From the NCBI GenBank assembly GCA_947426305.1, contig CANEDP010000001.1, forward strand, positions 117,434 to 149,433: a DNA stretch of 32,000 bases. The letters are read 5' to 3'. Source of the stretch: an uncultured Clostridia bacterium. GTDB taxonomy: Bacteria > Bacillota > Clostridia > TANB77 > CAG-508. Below, one piece after another: positions 15,895 through 24,183 of the stretch (its first letter is position 1; each line of letters starts with the position of its first letter). The position numbers were made by a program, and so were the translations under genes. Below the pieces are notes generated by a model that was not told where the DNA came from, did not search any database, and saw nothing but the letters and a program-made list of their open reading frames with translations.

Positions 15895-17394
15895 CTAGCA
15901 TAATGACTTTTTTAATGGTGCACCTGACGCACCCAAAAGCGAACCTTCCAAACTCTCTGTTGTCGGTACTTTTACTGTATTGTTTTCATTATCTACTGCA
16001 TTAAAAACAATAATTAAATGGTCATCATAGACGTATACTTTATTTACGAATACATTGATTATCAATTTTCTGTATCTGATGTCGTTTACATCTCCTTCTT
16101 TCATTTGCATCAAAAAATATTTTATTTTTGTTTCGCTAATATTTAAATAATGTTGGGATTTTTCAAACAAGATTTCATTTTCAATCTGTTTATGTTCATT
16201 TTCCATTTTTTCAATTTCTTCAAATATTGTCTTTCTTACACTATCTATGTCACACATTTTTAAACTATTTATTAGATTTAATTTTTGTTTTTCATTTTCT
16301 TTTAAACTCTTTTCTAAATTCTTTAAGTTTGAACTATTTTTTTCCTTTTCTGCAAATTGAGCAAGAACATTTGCCATTTTATTTATATTTTCTTCGGTTA
16401 ATTGATTTCTGGCTTGTTCAATTACTAAATCTTCTATATAATCCTTTTTAACATTCTTTTTATCACACTTTTTCTTTTTGATACCATTGCAAGAATAATA
16501 ATTATGTAGTTGTCCATTTCTTGAAGTTCCACTTGTTCCCGTCATCATTTCTTTGCATTTTCCGCAAAATAATTTGGTTGTCAATAAATACTCTGTTTTT
16601 GCTCTTGCCCTAGCCGGTGCTTTTTTGTTTTTCTGCATGATTTCGGAAGCTTTGTTAAATGTTTCATCACTAATTATTCTAGGCATACCACCGGGTACTT
16701 CTATTCCACTCGAAATATATACTCCTGTATATCTTTTATTTAATAAAATGGTCCTAATGCTATTTTTATTAAATGGCTTTCCAAGTGCAGTAGTATAATG
16801 ATTATCATTTAAATGTCGAATAATATCTGCCATTGTATAGCCATTTACATACATATCAAAAATTATTTTGACAATTGGGGCTTTTTCTTCGTCAATGATG
16901 TATCTTTGGTCGCTACCTACTTTATAACCAAGTGAAGGAATTCCGCCATTTGATTTGCATTTTTCTGTATTTAATTTCCTACCCCTTTTGACTTTCTGAG
17001 AAAGTTCTGCCGAAAAATATTCTGCTGCACTTTCATAAAAACCCTCTACCAGTATTCCTGATGCATCGTCTGAAATTTCTTCTTTTGCTGAAAATACTCT
17101 AACGCCATTATCTTTTAACTTCTTCTTATTAACAATACTATCGTATCTACTTCTGGAAAAACGGTCCAATTGATAAACTAAAACACCCTCAAAAATTTTT
17201 TTATTGCTATCTTCTATCATCTTTCTAAATTGTGGTCGCTTGTCATTTGTACCAGTTAATGCTCTGTCGATATAAGTTCCAACAATCGTAAAATCATTTC
17301 TTTGAGCATATTCTTCACATACTGCAATTTGTCCTTCAATGGATTGCTCTGTTTGGCTGTGAGAACTATATCTTGCATATACTACAACATTCAT
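15895..17394 (-). CDS. large serine recombinase/integrase
   Basis: 499 aa. Resolvase catalytic N-terminus (VVVYARYSSHSQTEQSIEGQ), recombinase domain, zinc ribbon (CGKCKEMMTG...YYSCNG...KKKCDKK) and a C-terminal coiled coil. Confidence 0.85.
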   Translation of the reverse strand: MNVVVYARYSSHSQTEQSIEGQIAVCEEYAQRNDFTIVGTYIDRALTGTNDKRPQFRKMIEDSNKKIFEGVLVYQLDRFSRSRYDSIVNKKKLKDNGVRVFSAKEEISDDASGILVEGFYESAAEYFSAELSQKVKRGRKLNTEKCKSNGGIPSLGYKVGSDQRYIIDEEKAPIVKIIFDMYVNGYTMADIIRHLNDNHYTTALGKPFNKNSIRTILLNKRYTGVYISSGIEVPGGMPRIISDETFNKASEIMQKNKKAPARARAKTEYLLTTKLFCGKCKEMMTGTSGTSRNGQLHNYYSCNGIKKKKCDKKNVKKDYIEDLVIEQARNQLTEENINKMANVLAQFAEKEKNSSNLKNLEKSLKENEKQKLNLINSLKMCDIDSVRKTIFEEIEKMENEHKQIENEILFEKSQHYLNISETKIKYFLMQMKEGDVNDIRYRKLIINVFVNKVYVYDDHLIIVFNAVDNENNTVKVPTTESLEGSLLGASGAPLKKSLC

Positions 17395-17403
17395 ATTTTC
17401 CCC

Positions 17404-18144
17404 CTAAATATTCGTTATAGTTTGTGTTACTTTTCCTAAAATTGTCAAATCATTTACATTTAATTCTTGTGTTTCAAAATTGTTATTTAATGCTTTTAAT
17501 ACAATTGTATCTTTATTTATTAATGCAAATCGAACAATAATTTCTTCGGTTCTTTTTATTTTGACCGCTAATATGTCCCAATCATCATACTTGCTTTGTA
17601 TTTTTAGATTTACTTTTGATTTTTCCATTATTTTAGGAAACATACCATTATCACTTACTGTCAATGCTAGCGGTTCTTCAAGCATAAATTTAAAGTCACT
17701 TTGTGAATCCCATAATTTTACACCATTTTTCAAAAATTCTATTTTATCAGCCTTTTCGTCAATTAAAGATATAATAAAATCTGACAATGGTTCTTCTTTT
17801 AGTTTTTTTTGCAATTGTTCAAGAAGTTCTTCAGTCATTTCGTTTTCAAATACTGACAATCCCATCATAGAAGCCATAAATTTTATAGAAAGAAAGGCTT
17901 CCTTTATTTCTATGGGTGCTTTTTCAATGTATCCTTCTAACACTAATTTTCTTTCGTCTACGCCACATATTTCAGCAAACATTCTGGATAATTCTTCTGA
18001 CGGTGGCATTGCTTTATCGTTTAATAATCGACTTAAATACGCTTTATCGATTTTCCTTCCTCTTGTATTGCAAGCCCTTATAACATCTGTAGAATTTAAT
18101 CCGCTTTCTGCAATTGTTTTTCGCAGTAATTTACCATATGACAT
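17404..18144 (-). CDS. CI/LexA-like repressor: XRE-type HTH plus a degenerate S24-like C-terminal domain
   Basis: 246 aa. N-terminal HTH (LRKTIAESGLNSTDVIRACN...YLSRLLND). The C-terminus resembles the S24 fold, but the GDSM serine motif reads SDNGM. It is divergent from the rep gene. Confidence 0.6.
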   Translation of the reverse strand: MSYGKLLRKTIAESGLNSTDVIRACNTRGRKIDKAYLSRLLNDKAMPPSEELSRMFAEICGVDERKLVLEGYIEKAPIEIKEAFLSIKFMASMMGLSVFENEMTEELLEQLQKKLKEEPLSDFIISLIDEKADKIEFLKNGVKLWDSQSDFKFMLEEPLALTVSDNGMFPKIMEKSKVNLKIQSKYDDWDILAVKIKRTEEIIVRFALINKDTIVLKALNNNFETQELNVNDLTILGKVTQTITNI

Positions 18145-18225
18145 TTTTTCATCACCTCTTGCAAATTATAACATATTGATTTTGATTTGTAAATACAACT
18201 ATATTGATTTTACGTCAAAAATATA

Positions 18226-18254
18226 TTGACCTTACATTTTGTTGATGCTATAAT
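18226..18254 (+). promoter_or_regulatory. sigmaA-type promoter for the rep transcript, with candidate operator repeats
   Basis: TTGACC (18226-18231), a 17-nt spacer ending in TGC, then TATAAT (18249-18254). Three ATATTGA(T/C) repeats start at 18173, 18201 and 18223. Confidence 0.55.
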
Positions 18255-18334
18255 GCAACCAAATTGATTGTAATGTTCAATTTTTCATTTAAACATTTTC
18301 AGTCTATTTCTTGCTTTGCTTATCGGAGAGATTT

Positions 18335-18467
18335 GGCATTATTGGTTTTGTGTCAAGGTCGCGCTAGCGCCGAACGTAGTGAGGAAAACCTTTACTCAAA
18401 ACCTAGAATGCCATAGAATGAAAATTTGCAAAGCGAAAATGTGGTAGGGTTCTTAGTAACACCCTAC
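18335..18467 (+). other. GC-enriched structured segment in the 260-nt leader upstream of rep (candidate origin or RNA element)
   Basis: Nested pairings: GGCATT (18335-18340) with AATGCC (18407-18412), and GGTTTTG (18344-18350) with CAAAACC (18397-18403). They enclose the palindrome GCGCTAGCGC (18361-18370). A separate hairpin pairs GTAGGGT (18444-18450) with ACCCTAC (18461-18467). Confidence 0.4.
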
Positions 18468-18510
18468 AAATGTCCGATATTACGGAAAATTTATAAAAGG
18501 AGAATAAAAC

Positions 18511-19539
18511 ATGATAGACACAATTAAGATATTTTCAATGATAAATTTAAAGACTTTTGAACTTATCAAAGAAATAAGCGATATCAAAACATCTTACAAT
18601 AATAAAACTGGTCAAACACACTATAAAATTATCAATAGTCATTTACAAGGAAACTTCAATTCAAATTTATGCATTCGCATTGGAGAAGGAAAAAAATATG
18701 GATTTATTAATTATTATTTTATAGAAATTGAAGGTTCTTACCATAAATTGGCAAAAGGCTATAATAGCCATAATGGTTTTTGTCATTTACAGTTTGTTTG
18801 TAATGAGTTAATAAAAATGGTAGAAAAGAATTACAATATTCAATTGCCTTCTTTGAAACACTGGTTTTTGCAACGAGTTGATATTGCCATTTGCTATGAC
18901 CTAAAAAATCAAGACAGAGTAAAGTCATACATCAATAATTTAAATTGTTGCAATTATCCCAGAAGAAATTTGAAACATTTTGAAGGCGAAAGCATTTATA
19001 TTACAGGTTATACTACCACACTAAAAATATATAATAAACAGAGAGAATTTCTAAAAAATGACAAAGCAAGACTTCTTGAAACAGATTTCAACATTGGTAA
19101 ATATTTGAATGAAATTCAAGGTTTTATAAGGTTTGAATGTGAAATTAAAAAAAGAAAGTTGAAACAATATTTCGATACAAACTATGTTCGATTAGAAAGT
19201 ATTTCTTATGAATTTCTAAAAGAAATTTGGTTACAAGATTTTCAAAAGTTTTTCAAGGCAATTGATAATGATTTAACAATTGTCAAAAACAAAGAAGACG
19301 TAAGAAGCAGATTAAACTCACTATATAAGCCGATTAGAGCTAAAAACTTATTTAATTTTTATTTGCTCTTATTAATGCAAGGTATCCAAGAAATTAGACA
19401 AACAACGAAAAAAAGTATGTTCTATAAAAACATTGCTGATTTGAAAAAAGCAAACATTGATTTTTCTCAAAAACTAGATATTGATATGACAGATAGTAGA
19501 ATTGACTTTAACCCTTTTGAATGGAAAGAAATTGATTAA
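18511..19539 (+). CDS. replication initiation factor, Rep_trans-like (rolling-circle type)
   Basis: 342 aa. Motif pattern QRVDIAICYDL ... ESIYITGYTTTLKIYNKQREF ... IRFECEIKKRKL resembles RxDxAxD / YxG...xYdK..E / vRxE of PF02486-type proteins. This is from memory, not a search. Confidence 0.5.
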   Translation: MIDTIKIFSMINLKTFELIKEISDIKTSYNNKTGQTHYKIINSHLQGNFNSNLCIRIGEGKKYGFINYYFIEIEGSYHKLAKGYNSHNGFCHLQFVCNELIKMVEKNYNIQLPSLKHWFLQRVDIAICYDLKNQDRVKSYINNLNCCNYPRRNLKHFEGESIYITGYTTTLKIYNKQREFLKNDKARLLETDFNIGKYLNEIQGFIRFECEIKKRKLKQYFDTNYVRLESISYEFLKEIWLQDFQKFFKAIDNDLTIVKNKEDVRSRLNSLYKPIRAKNLFNFYLLLLMQGIQEIRQTTKKSMFYKNIADLKKANIDFSQKLDIDMTDSRIDFNPFEWKEID

Positions 19540-19542
19540 TTT

Positions 19543-19674
19543 ATGAATTTATCAGACGAACAAATTAATTTTTTCTGTAGAGGCATTCTACTATCAGATA
19601 TAGCAGATTATATTAAATCACATCAAAAAGAATATGAGGAATTTGAGAAAAATGAACTGCAAAAGCATAGTTAA
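19543..19674 (+). CDS. small hypothetical ORF (43 aa) 3 nt after rep
   Basis: ATG at 19543, stop at 19672-19674. Not in the ORF track because it is under 60 aa. Supported by position only. Confidence 0.3.
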   Translation: MNLSDEQINFFCRGILLSDIADYIKSHQKEYEEFEKNELQKHS

Positions 19675-19689
19675 TTTATAAATCATTAA

Positions 19690-20073
19690 TTATGCTTTTT
19701 GTTTTTTCTTTCCAAATATATCATTAAGTTGTTTACAAAGATGTTCCAAATCATCATTTGATAAAAGCTTATTTTCACAAAACTCATTTACAAGTTCTTT
19801 GATTGAATTATGATATAAAGTTTTCAGTAGTTTATGAAATGTAATAAATTCATATTCTTGTTTCTTTAAAACAGCCTTATATGTGTACGTTTTTCCTTCT
19901 TTTTTGACAATCTCAATCGCCTCTTTGGCATATAAACGTCTTATTAATGTTCGTATTGTATTGCTGTTCCATTTTTTCCAATGTAATGCTTTTATAATTT
20001 CAGCAGATGTGATTTCTTCTTTTTGCCATATTACATTCATTACTTCAAATTCTGCTTCTGATATATTTTTCAT
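19690..20073 (-). CDS. BlaI/MecI/CopY-family winged-helix repressor (orphan, no BlaR1-type partner)
   Basis: 127 aa: ISEAEFEVMNVIWQKEEITSAEIIKAL...WNSNTIRTLIRRLYAKEAI. Confidence 0.75.
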   Translation of the reverse strand: MKNISEAEFEVMNVIWQKEEITSAEIIKALHWKKWNSNTIRTLIRRLYAKEAIEIVKKEGKTYTYKAVLKKQEYEFITFHKLLKTLYHNSIKELVNEFCENKLLSNDDLEHLCKQLNDIFGKKKQKA

Positions 20074-20188
20074 AAAACCTCCTTTTTAGGTCATAATATC
20101 TATAACATTATACCGTTTCGAACGCATAATGTCAAGACGTAATATTTTTGTTATTCTATAATTGAAAATTGATTTATTGGAGTAATTA

Positions 20189-20443
20189 ATGAGTAAATTT
20201 GATATTGACAGTTTAGGAAATAATTTAATAAAAGTAAATGGTAATATGATTTTTAAATTGCAAGATGTTTTGAATAGTAGGAAAATTACAAAATACCGAC
20301 TTTCAAAAGTTACTAATATACGCTATGACACTATCTGTAATTATTGCAATGGGAAAGTAACTTTAATTAATGTAGAGTATTTAAAAATTTTTTGTAATGT
20401 TTTGGATTGCACTATAGATGATATTATTGAATATAAAAAGTAA
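20189..20443 (+). CDS. small XRE/Cro-type HTH protein, copy 1 of a tandem duplication
   Basis: 84 aa: LQDVLNSRKITKYRLSKVTNIRYDTICNYCNGKV. About 88% identical to copy 2. The upstream regions are also duplicated. Confidence 0.65.
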   Translation: MSKFDIDSLGNNLIKVNGNMIFKLQDVLNSRKITKYRLSKVTNIRYDTICNYCNGKVTLINVEYLKIFCNVLDCTIDDIIEYKK

Positions 20444-20530
20444 CTTAGATATACTGTTTCGAACGTATAATGTCAAATCGCTATATATTTGTTATTCTAT
20501 AATTGAAATTTAATTTATTGGGGTAATAAA

Positions 20531-20785
20531 ATGAGTAAATTTGATATTGACAGTTTAGGAAATAATTTAATAAAAGTAAATGGTAACATGATTTTTAAAT
20601 TACAGGATGTTTTGAATAATAGAAAAATTTCCAAATATAAACTTTCAAGAATTACAAATATACGTTATGATACAATTTGCAATTATTGCAAAGGAAAGGT
20701 AACTTTAATTAATGTAGAATATTTGAAAATCTTTTGTAATGTCTTGAATTGTGAAATTTCTGATATTATTGAATATAAAAAGTAA
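20531..20785 (+). CDS. small XRE/Cro-type HTH protein, copy 2
   Basis: 84 aa, paralog of 20189..20443, with the same promoter/RBS architecture. Confidence 0.65.
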   Translation: MSKFDIDSLGNNLIKVNGNMIFKLQDVLNNRKISKYKLSRITNIRYDTICNYCKGKVTLINVEYLKIFCNVLNCEISDIIEYKK

Positions 20786-20807
20786 TGAATTAAATAGGAA
20801 AAAAGAA

Positions 20808-20850
20808 AAAAGCGTTCTCATTTTATATGAGACACGCTTTTTCTTTTTTC
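20808..20850 (+). terminator. rho-independent terminator after the HTH pair
   Basis: AAAAGCGTTCTCAT pairs imperfectly with ATGAGACACGCTTTT, followed by TTTCTTTTTT. Confidence 0.6.
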
Positions 20851-20912
20851 TATAACATTACTTTTATTGCAAATCCACCAAAGAAATATGCAATGTTCGT
20901 GTAATGTTGGGT

Positions 20913-20989
20913 TGGTGCACCCAACTGGAATCGAACCAGCGACCTTCCGCTTAGGAGGCGGACGCTCTATCCTACTGAGCTATGAATGC
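20913..20989 (-). tRNA. tRNA-Arg (anticodon CCU, reads AGG), CCA encoded
   Basis: Minus-strand sequence: GCATTCA TA GCTC AGTAGGATA GAGC G TCCGC CTCCTAA GCGGA AGGTC GCTGG TTCGATT CCAGT TGGGTGC ACCA. Standard cloverleaf with a normal 7-nt anticodon loop. Confidence 0.9.
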
Positions 20990-21022
20990 ATTTCATGGCA
21001 CAACATTTGTGCCATTTTTATT

Positions 21023-21205
21023 TTAGGCATTTAACTTCTCAACAAGTTCTTCCACATCAATTCCATGAACCTCGCACGCCTCTTCTAATGTCTCCGCTTG
21101 CGAAGCTGGACAACCTAAACAATGCATTCCTGCTTCCAATAAAATATCTGCTTTATCTGGAAATTGCTCTAATAAATCGCCTATTTTTGTTGTTTTTTCA
21201 ATCAT
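21023..21205 (-). CDS. DUF1858 / hybrid-cluster-associated redox disulfide domain protein
   Basis: 60 aa: IGDLLEQFPDKADILLEAGMHCLGCPASQAETLEEAC. Confidence 0.7.
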   Translation of the reverse strand: MIEKTTKIGDLLEQFPDKADILLEAGMHCLGCPASQAETLEEACEVHGIDVEELVEKLNA

Positions 21206-21490
21206 AATTTACCTCCCTACTTTATTTTTTTACATCTTTAAAAAGTTATTCTTTTAAAATTTTACCACAAATTTTAAAAAAAGTATAGACATTTTCAAAA
21301 ATTTATTGTATGATATACGAAATTTGAAAAGAAAAATTTTTTGTCAGAACTGATTTCTCATCAGTTTATTACATTTTTTCTATATTGCAGTTTCTTGCAA
21401 ATTTTCAAATCTTTAAAATTTAATAAGAAAGTAGGTGATAACTCTAACTTAGTTTTTCATTTCATTTTAATTTTAGAAAGGAGTTTTACG

Positions 21491-21820
21491 ATGAAACGAA
21501 AAAAATTTTTATTTCTTTATACGAGTGTTATGACTATCGTATTTTTTTGCTTATTCAGCAACGTGGCTTTTGCCGCAGATCCAAAATTGGTAACCACTCT
21601 TACAGGAGCCTTTACAAAAATCGAAGGTTATATTGTAAAAATAGCAACTTCTTTTGCAGCAGTAGCCGTTGCAACAGGTTTGCTAATGCGAAAATTTAGT
21701 CTAGGTGATGAGAAAAAAATTTACAGAGCCAATAATTTAATTAAAGGAAGCATTACTTCTTATGTGTTAATTTTATGCATTGATTTAGTACTTTCTCTAA
21801 TTAATACCGTATTGGCTTAA
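21491..21820 (+). CDS. small secreted/membrane protein, TrbC/VirB2-like pilin candidate
   Basis: ATG 21491 has an AGGAG RBS; the upstream part of the track ORF is probably spurious. Signal peptide ...NVAFAADP followed by two hydrophobic helices. Confidence 0.45.
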   Translation: MKRKKFLFLYTSVMTIVFFCLFSNVAFAADPKLVTTLTGAFTKIEGYIVKIATSFAAVAVATGLLMRKFSLGDEKKIYRANNLIKGSITSYVLILCIDLVLSLINTVLA

Positions 21821-21832
21821 ACGGAGTATACT

Positions 21833-22702
21833 TTGGAAAATCAAACCTTCAATTTAACCACCCTTATTTGCGATTCTCTCAATAATATCTTTTTGAAAAT
21901 TTTCTCATCCATAGACAATACCATTTATTCTACTTTAGATGATGTTTTGTTTATCCGTTCTGATATTATGCAAGATAGCAATTTTAAGCAACTTTTTGGC
22001 ACAGATATAAGCAATGGTTTATTATTAATCGCTAACAGTCTTATTTTGGGAATTCTTCTCTTTTATGTATTCCGATTTTGCCTTTCCCATTTAACTTATT
22101 CCAAAATTGATTCTCCTTACCAATTTATTTTCAAATGTATTATTTTCATCGCCTGCATGAATTCATCCCTCTGGATTTGCGAAAAAATAATTGATTTAAT
22201 TTCTCTATTATCTGATTCTATTTGCCAACTAGGAACTTTCATAACAGGACATACTATTAACTTTTCAAATTTAATAAACCAAATGAATTCTGCATTATAT
22301 CCTAGCTTAGAAGCATTTGACATTTTTTCTTTTGATGGGATCTTAAAAATTATTTCATCCATCGGAATTCTTTACATTTTACTTATATGGGGTGTGCGTT
22401 ACATTTTCTGTAAAGTCTTGATTTTGCTTTCTCCATTTGCCTTTCTTTCACTTATTAATAACCATTTTGATGGATTCTTTAAAGGTTGGCTGAAACAATT
22501 TCTCACTTTATTATTTATGCAACTTGAGGTTAGTCTTATTCTAGTTCTAGGTTTAACACTGGAATTTCACACAGGAAATACACTATCAAAATTAATTTAT
22601 GTTGCTATTATTGTGACAATTGCAAAATGCAATTATCATATAAAAGCAATGCTTTCTCATATGTATCAATCTAGCCAAAATAAATTAAAAGATTTTATTT
22701 AA
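21833..22702 (+). CDS. polytopic membrane protein, VirB6/TrbL-like candidate
   Basis: 289 aa with 5 or more TM helices. TTG start with a GGAG RBS. Sits between the pilin-like and PrgI-like genes. Confidence 0.45.
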   Translation: MENQTFNLTTLICDSLNNIFLKIFSSIDNTIYSTLDDVLFIRSDIMQDSNFKQLFGTDISNGLLLIANSLILGILLFYVFRFCLSHLTYSKIDSPYQFIFKCIIFIACMNSSLWICEKIIDLISLLSDSICQLGTFITGHTINFSNLINQMNSALYPSLEAFDIFSFDGILKIISSIGILYILLIWGVRYIFCKVLILLSPFAFLSLINNHFDGFFKGWLKQFLTLLFMQLEVSLILVLGLTLEFHTGNTLSKLIYVAIIVTIAKCNYHIKAMLSHMYQSSQNKLKDFI

Positions 22703-22712
22703 GGAGGTTTCC

Positions 22713-22994
22713 ATGCATTTTATGATACCAAAAAATTACAAATTTAAGCCAAAATTATTTGGCTTAATTGATTATCAAACCGCCATACTAGACAGCATTT
22801 GGGCTGGAATATTATATGTATTTATCAATATATTTTTCTCATCCATTGCAACAAAAATTTATGTTTTTATTGCTCTGTTTGTCCCATTTTTGCTGTTTAG
22901 TATTGTTGGAGTTCACAACGAAAATGTTGTATCAATTCTAATTTATGTTTTTAAATATTACCAAAATCAAAATTTGTATTTATTTAAAAAATAA
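22713..22994 (+). CDS. PrgI/TcpE (VirB3-like) family membrane protein
   Basis: 93 aa. N-terminal IPKNYKFKPKLFGLIDYQTAIL fits the PrgI pattern (vPkd...k.K.fGLt.rQ), followed by two TM helices. Confidence 0.5.
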   Translation: MHFMIPKNYKFKPKLFGLIDYQTAILDSIWAGILYVFINIFFSSIATKIYVFIALFVPFLLFSIVGVHNENVVSILIYVFKYYQNQNLYLFKK

Positions 22995-23002
22995 GCAGAC
23001 CA

Positions 23003-23034
23003 AAAAGCGATTAGATTCTTCTGATCGCTTTTTT
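23003..23034 (+). terminator. rho-independent terminator after the three-gene membrane module
   Basis: AAAAGCGAT pairs with ATCGCTTTT, followed by a T-run. Confidence 0.7.
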
Positions 23035-23214
23035 CTTACTGCCATAAAGGTTTTATTAGCAAAAATATTTTCTGTATTGTTTTTTCGAAAACTTAATGAT
23101 ATAATATGAATACTGTACAAAAGAAATAAAGAAAAGATTTAATGATTCTGTAAAAAGGGGATTTTATAGAATGATTAAAATACGATTGATAAATTAAAAA
23201 TTGGGGGCTTTTTT

Positions 23215-24168
23215 ATGAAATTAATGCAAAGTGATAAATCTTTTTTATTTTCCAGTACAGAAATACCTGATGTGTTTTTCACAGAATATTTACCTGAAGC
23301 AAAAAGTGAATTTGTTAAGGTTTATTTCTATATTCTTTTTCTATCGAAGCACGACAGTGAAATCAAAATTAATGATTTATCCAAAACGCTTGATTTAGAT
23401 TTTCCAACTGTCCAAGATGCCATCAAATATTGGGAAACGCGCGGTCTTTTCATAAAAAATCCAAATGGTTATTCTTTGGCTAATATCCAAGAAATCGAAC
23501 TAAATAAATTGTACAATCCAAAAGTAAGTCTTGCGCCAGAAGACATTGAAAAAAATGCTGAAAATCAATATCGTGCCAAAGTTATGGACAGTATTAATTC
23601 GCAATTTTTCGCAGGAACGATGTCTCCTTCTTGGTATGCAGATATTGAATTATGGTTCCAAAAGTATGGTTTCGATGAACAAGTAATGCTTGCTTTGTTC
23701 AGTTATGCTTACGAAAATCATGCATTGCATCGTAATTATATTCAAACTGTCGCAGAAGGTTGGAGCAAAGAAAATATTAAAACTTATAACGATTTAGATT
23801 TATATTTTGAGCGTCGTGAAAAAACAAATATTTTAAAGAAAAATATTGCAAAAAAATTAAATTTATCAAGAAATCTCACAGCCTATGATGAAGAATATAT
23901 CATCAAATGGACTGAAAATTATAAATATTCAATGGATATTATTGAAATTGCTTTGAAAAAAGCCGCTACCAAAAATACTATTAGTTTTGAATATATCGAT
24001 GCTCTTTTATCCGATTGGCACTCTAAGGAGCTTACTACTGTTTCTGATGTAAATTCCTATTTAGAAGCCTCTAAAACAAAAGATAAAAAAGTAAAACAGA
24101 TTAAGCAAGTTGCTCTTGAATATACGCAAAGTACTTTTGACAACTGGGATGCACTTTACGATAACTAA
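23215..24168 (+). CDS. DnaD/DnaB-domain replication initiation (primosome) protein
   Basis: 317 aa with two DnaB_2-type repeats (NYIQTVAEGWSKENIKTYNDLDLYF and EYIDALLSDWHSKELTTVSDVNSYL). Confidence 0.75.
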   Translation: MKLMQSDKSFLFSSTEIPDVFFTEYLPEAKSEFVKVYFYILFLSKHDSEIKINDLSKTLDLDFPTVQDAIKYWETRGLFIKNPNGYSLANIQEIELNKLYNPKVSLAPEDIEKNAENQYRAKVMDSINSQFFAGTMSPSWYADIELWFQKYGFDEQVMLALFSYAYENHALHRNYIQTVAEGWSKENIKTYNDLDLYFERREKTNILKKNIAKKLNLSRNLTAYDEEYIIKWTENYKYSMDIIEIALKKAATKNTISFEYIDALLSDWHSKELTTVSDVNSYLEASKTKDKKVKQIKQVALEYTQSTFDNWDALYDN

Positions 24169-24183
24169 TTGAAAGGAGAAAAG

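Larger units (their letters stand above)
15372..20860. mobile_element. integrative element (serine recombinase + CI-like repressor + Rep_trans-like initiator + regulators) next to tRNA-Arg; boundaries approximate
   Basis: Gene content as listed in the individual features. It interrupts housekeeping context and abuts tRNA-Arg(CCU) at 20913..20989. I could not identify att repeats. Confidence 0.55.

Noticed and set aside
17480-18229. 249-aa plus-strand ORF, along with many other track ORFs antisense to real genes (for example 2659..2853, 2881..3072, 3780..4145, 4040..4273, 5606..5985, 6117..6891, 7689..8039, 10334..10794, 14399..14683, 16227..16798, 26279..28221 and 29550..29898).
   Set aside because: They lie entirely opposite strongly supported genes. 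They are low-complexity Ser/Phe/Ile/Leu-rich translations typical of shadow frames in AT-rich DNA, and they have no RBS or family resemblance.
20100-20860. 11-bp direct repeat CTATAACATTA (20100-20110 and 20850-20860) as attachment-site repeats of the element.
   Set aside because: It brackets only the duplicated HTH cassette, not the recombinase end. It is most simply the edge of the tandem duplication, and an 11-mer match in AT-rich DNA is weak evidence.
20913-20989. tRNA-Arg next to the element as the quadruplet or CGG decoder.
   Set aside because: The anticodon loop is a normal 7-nt CUCCUAA with anticodon CCU (reads AGG). Nothing in it suggests CGG or 4-base reading.
21341-21490. N-terminal 50-codon extension of the pilin-like ORF given in the track.
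   Set aside because: The extension starts at a non-ATG codon with no RBS. The internal ATG at 21491 has an AGGAG RBS and begins a canonical signal peptide.
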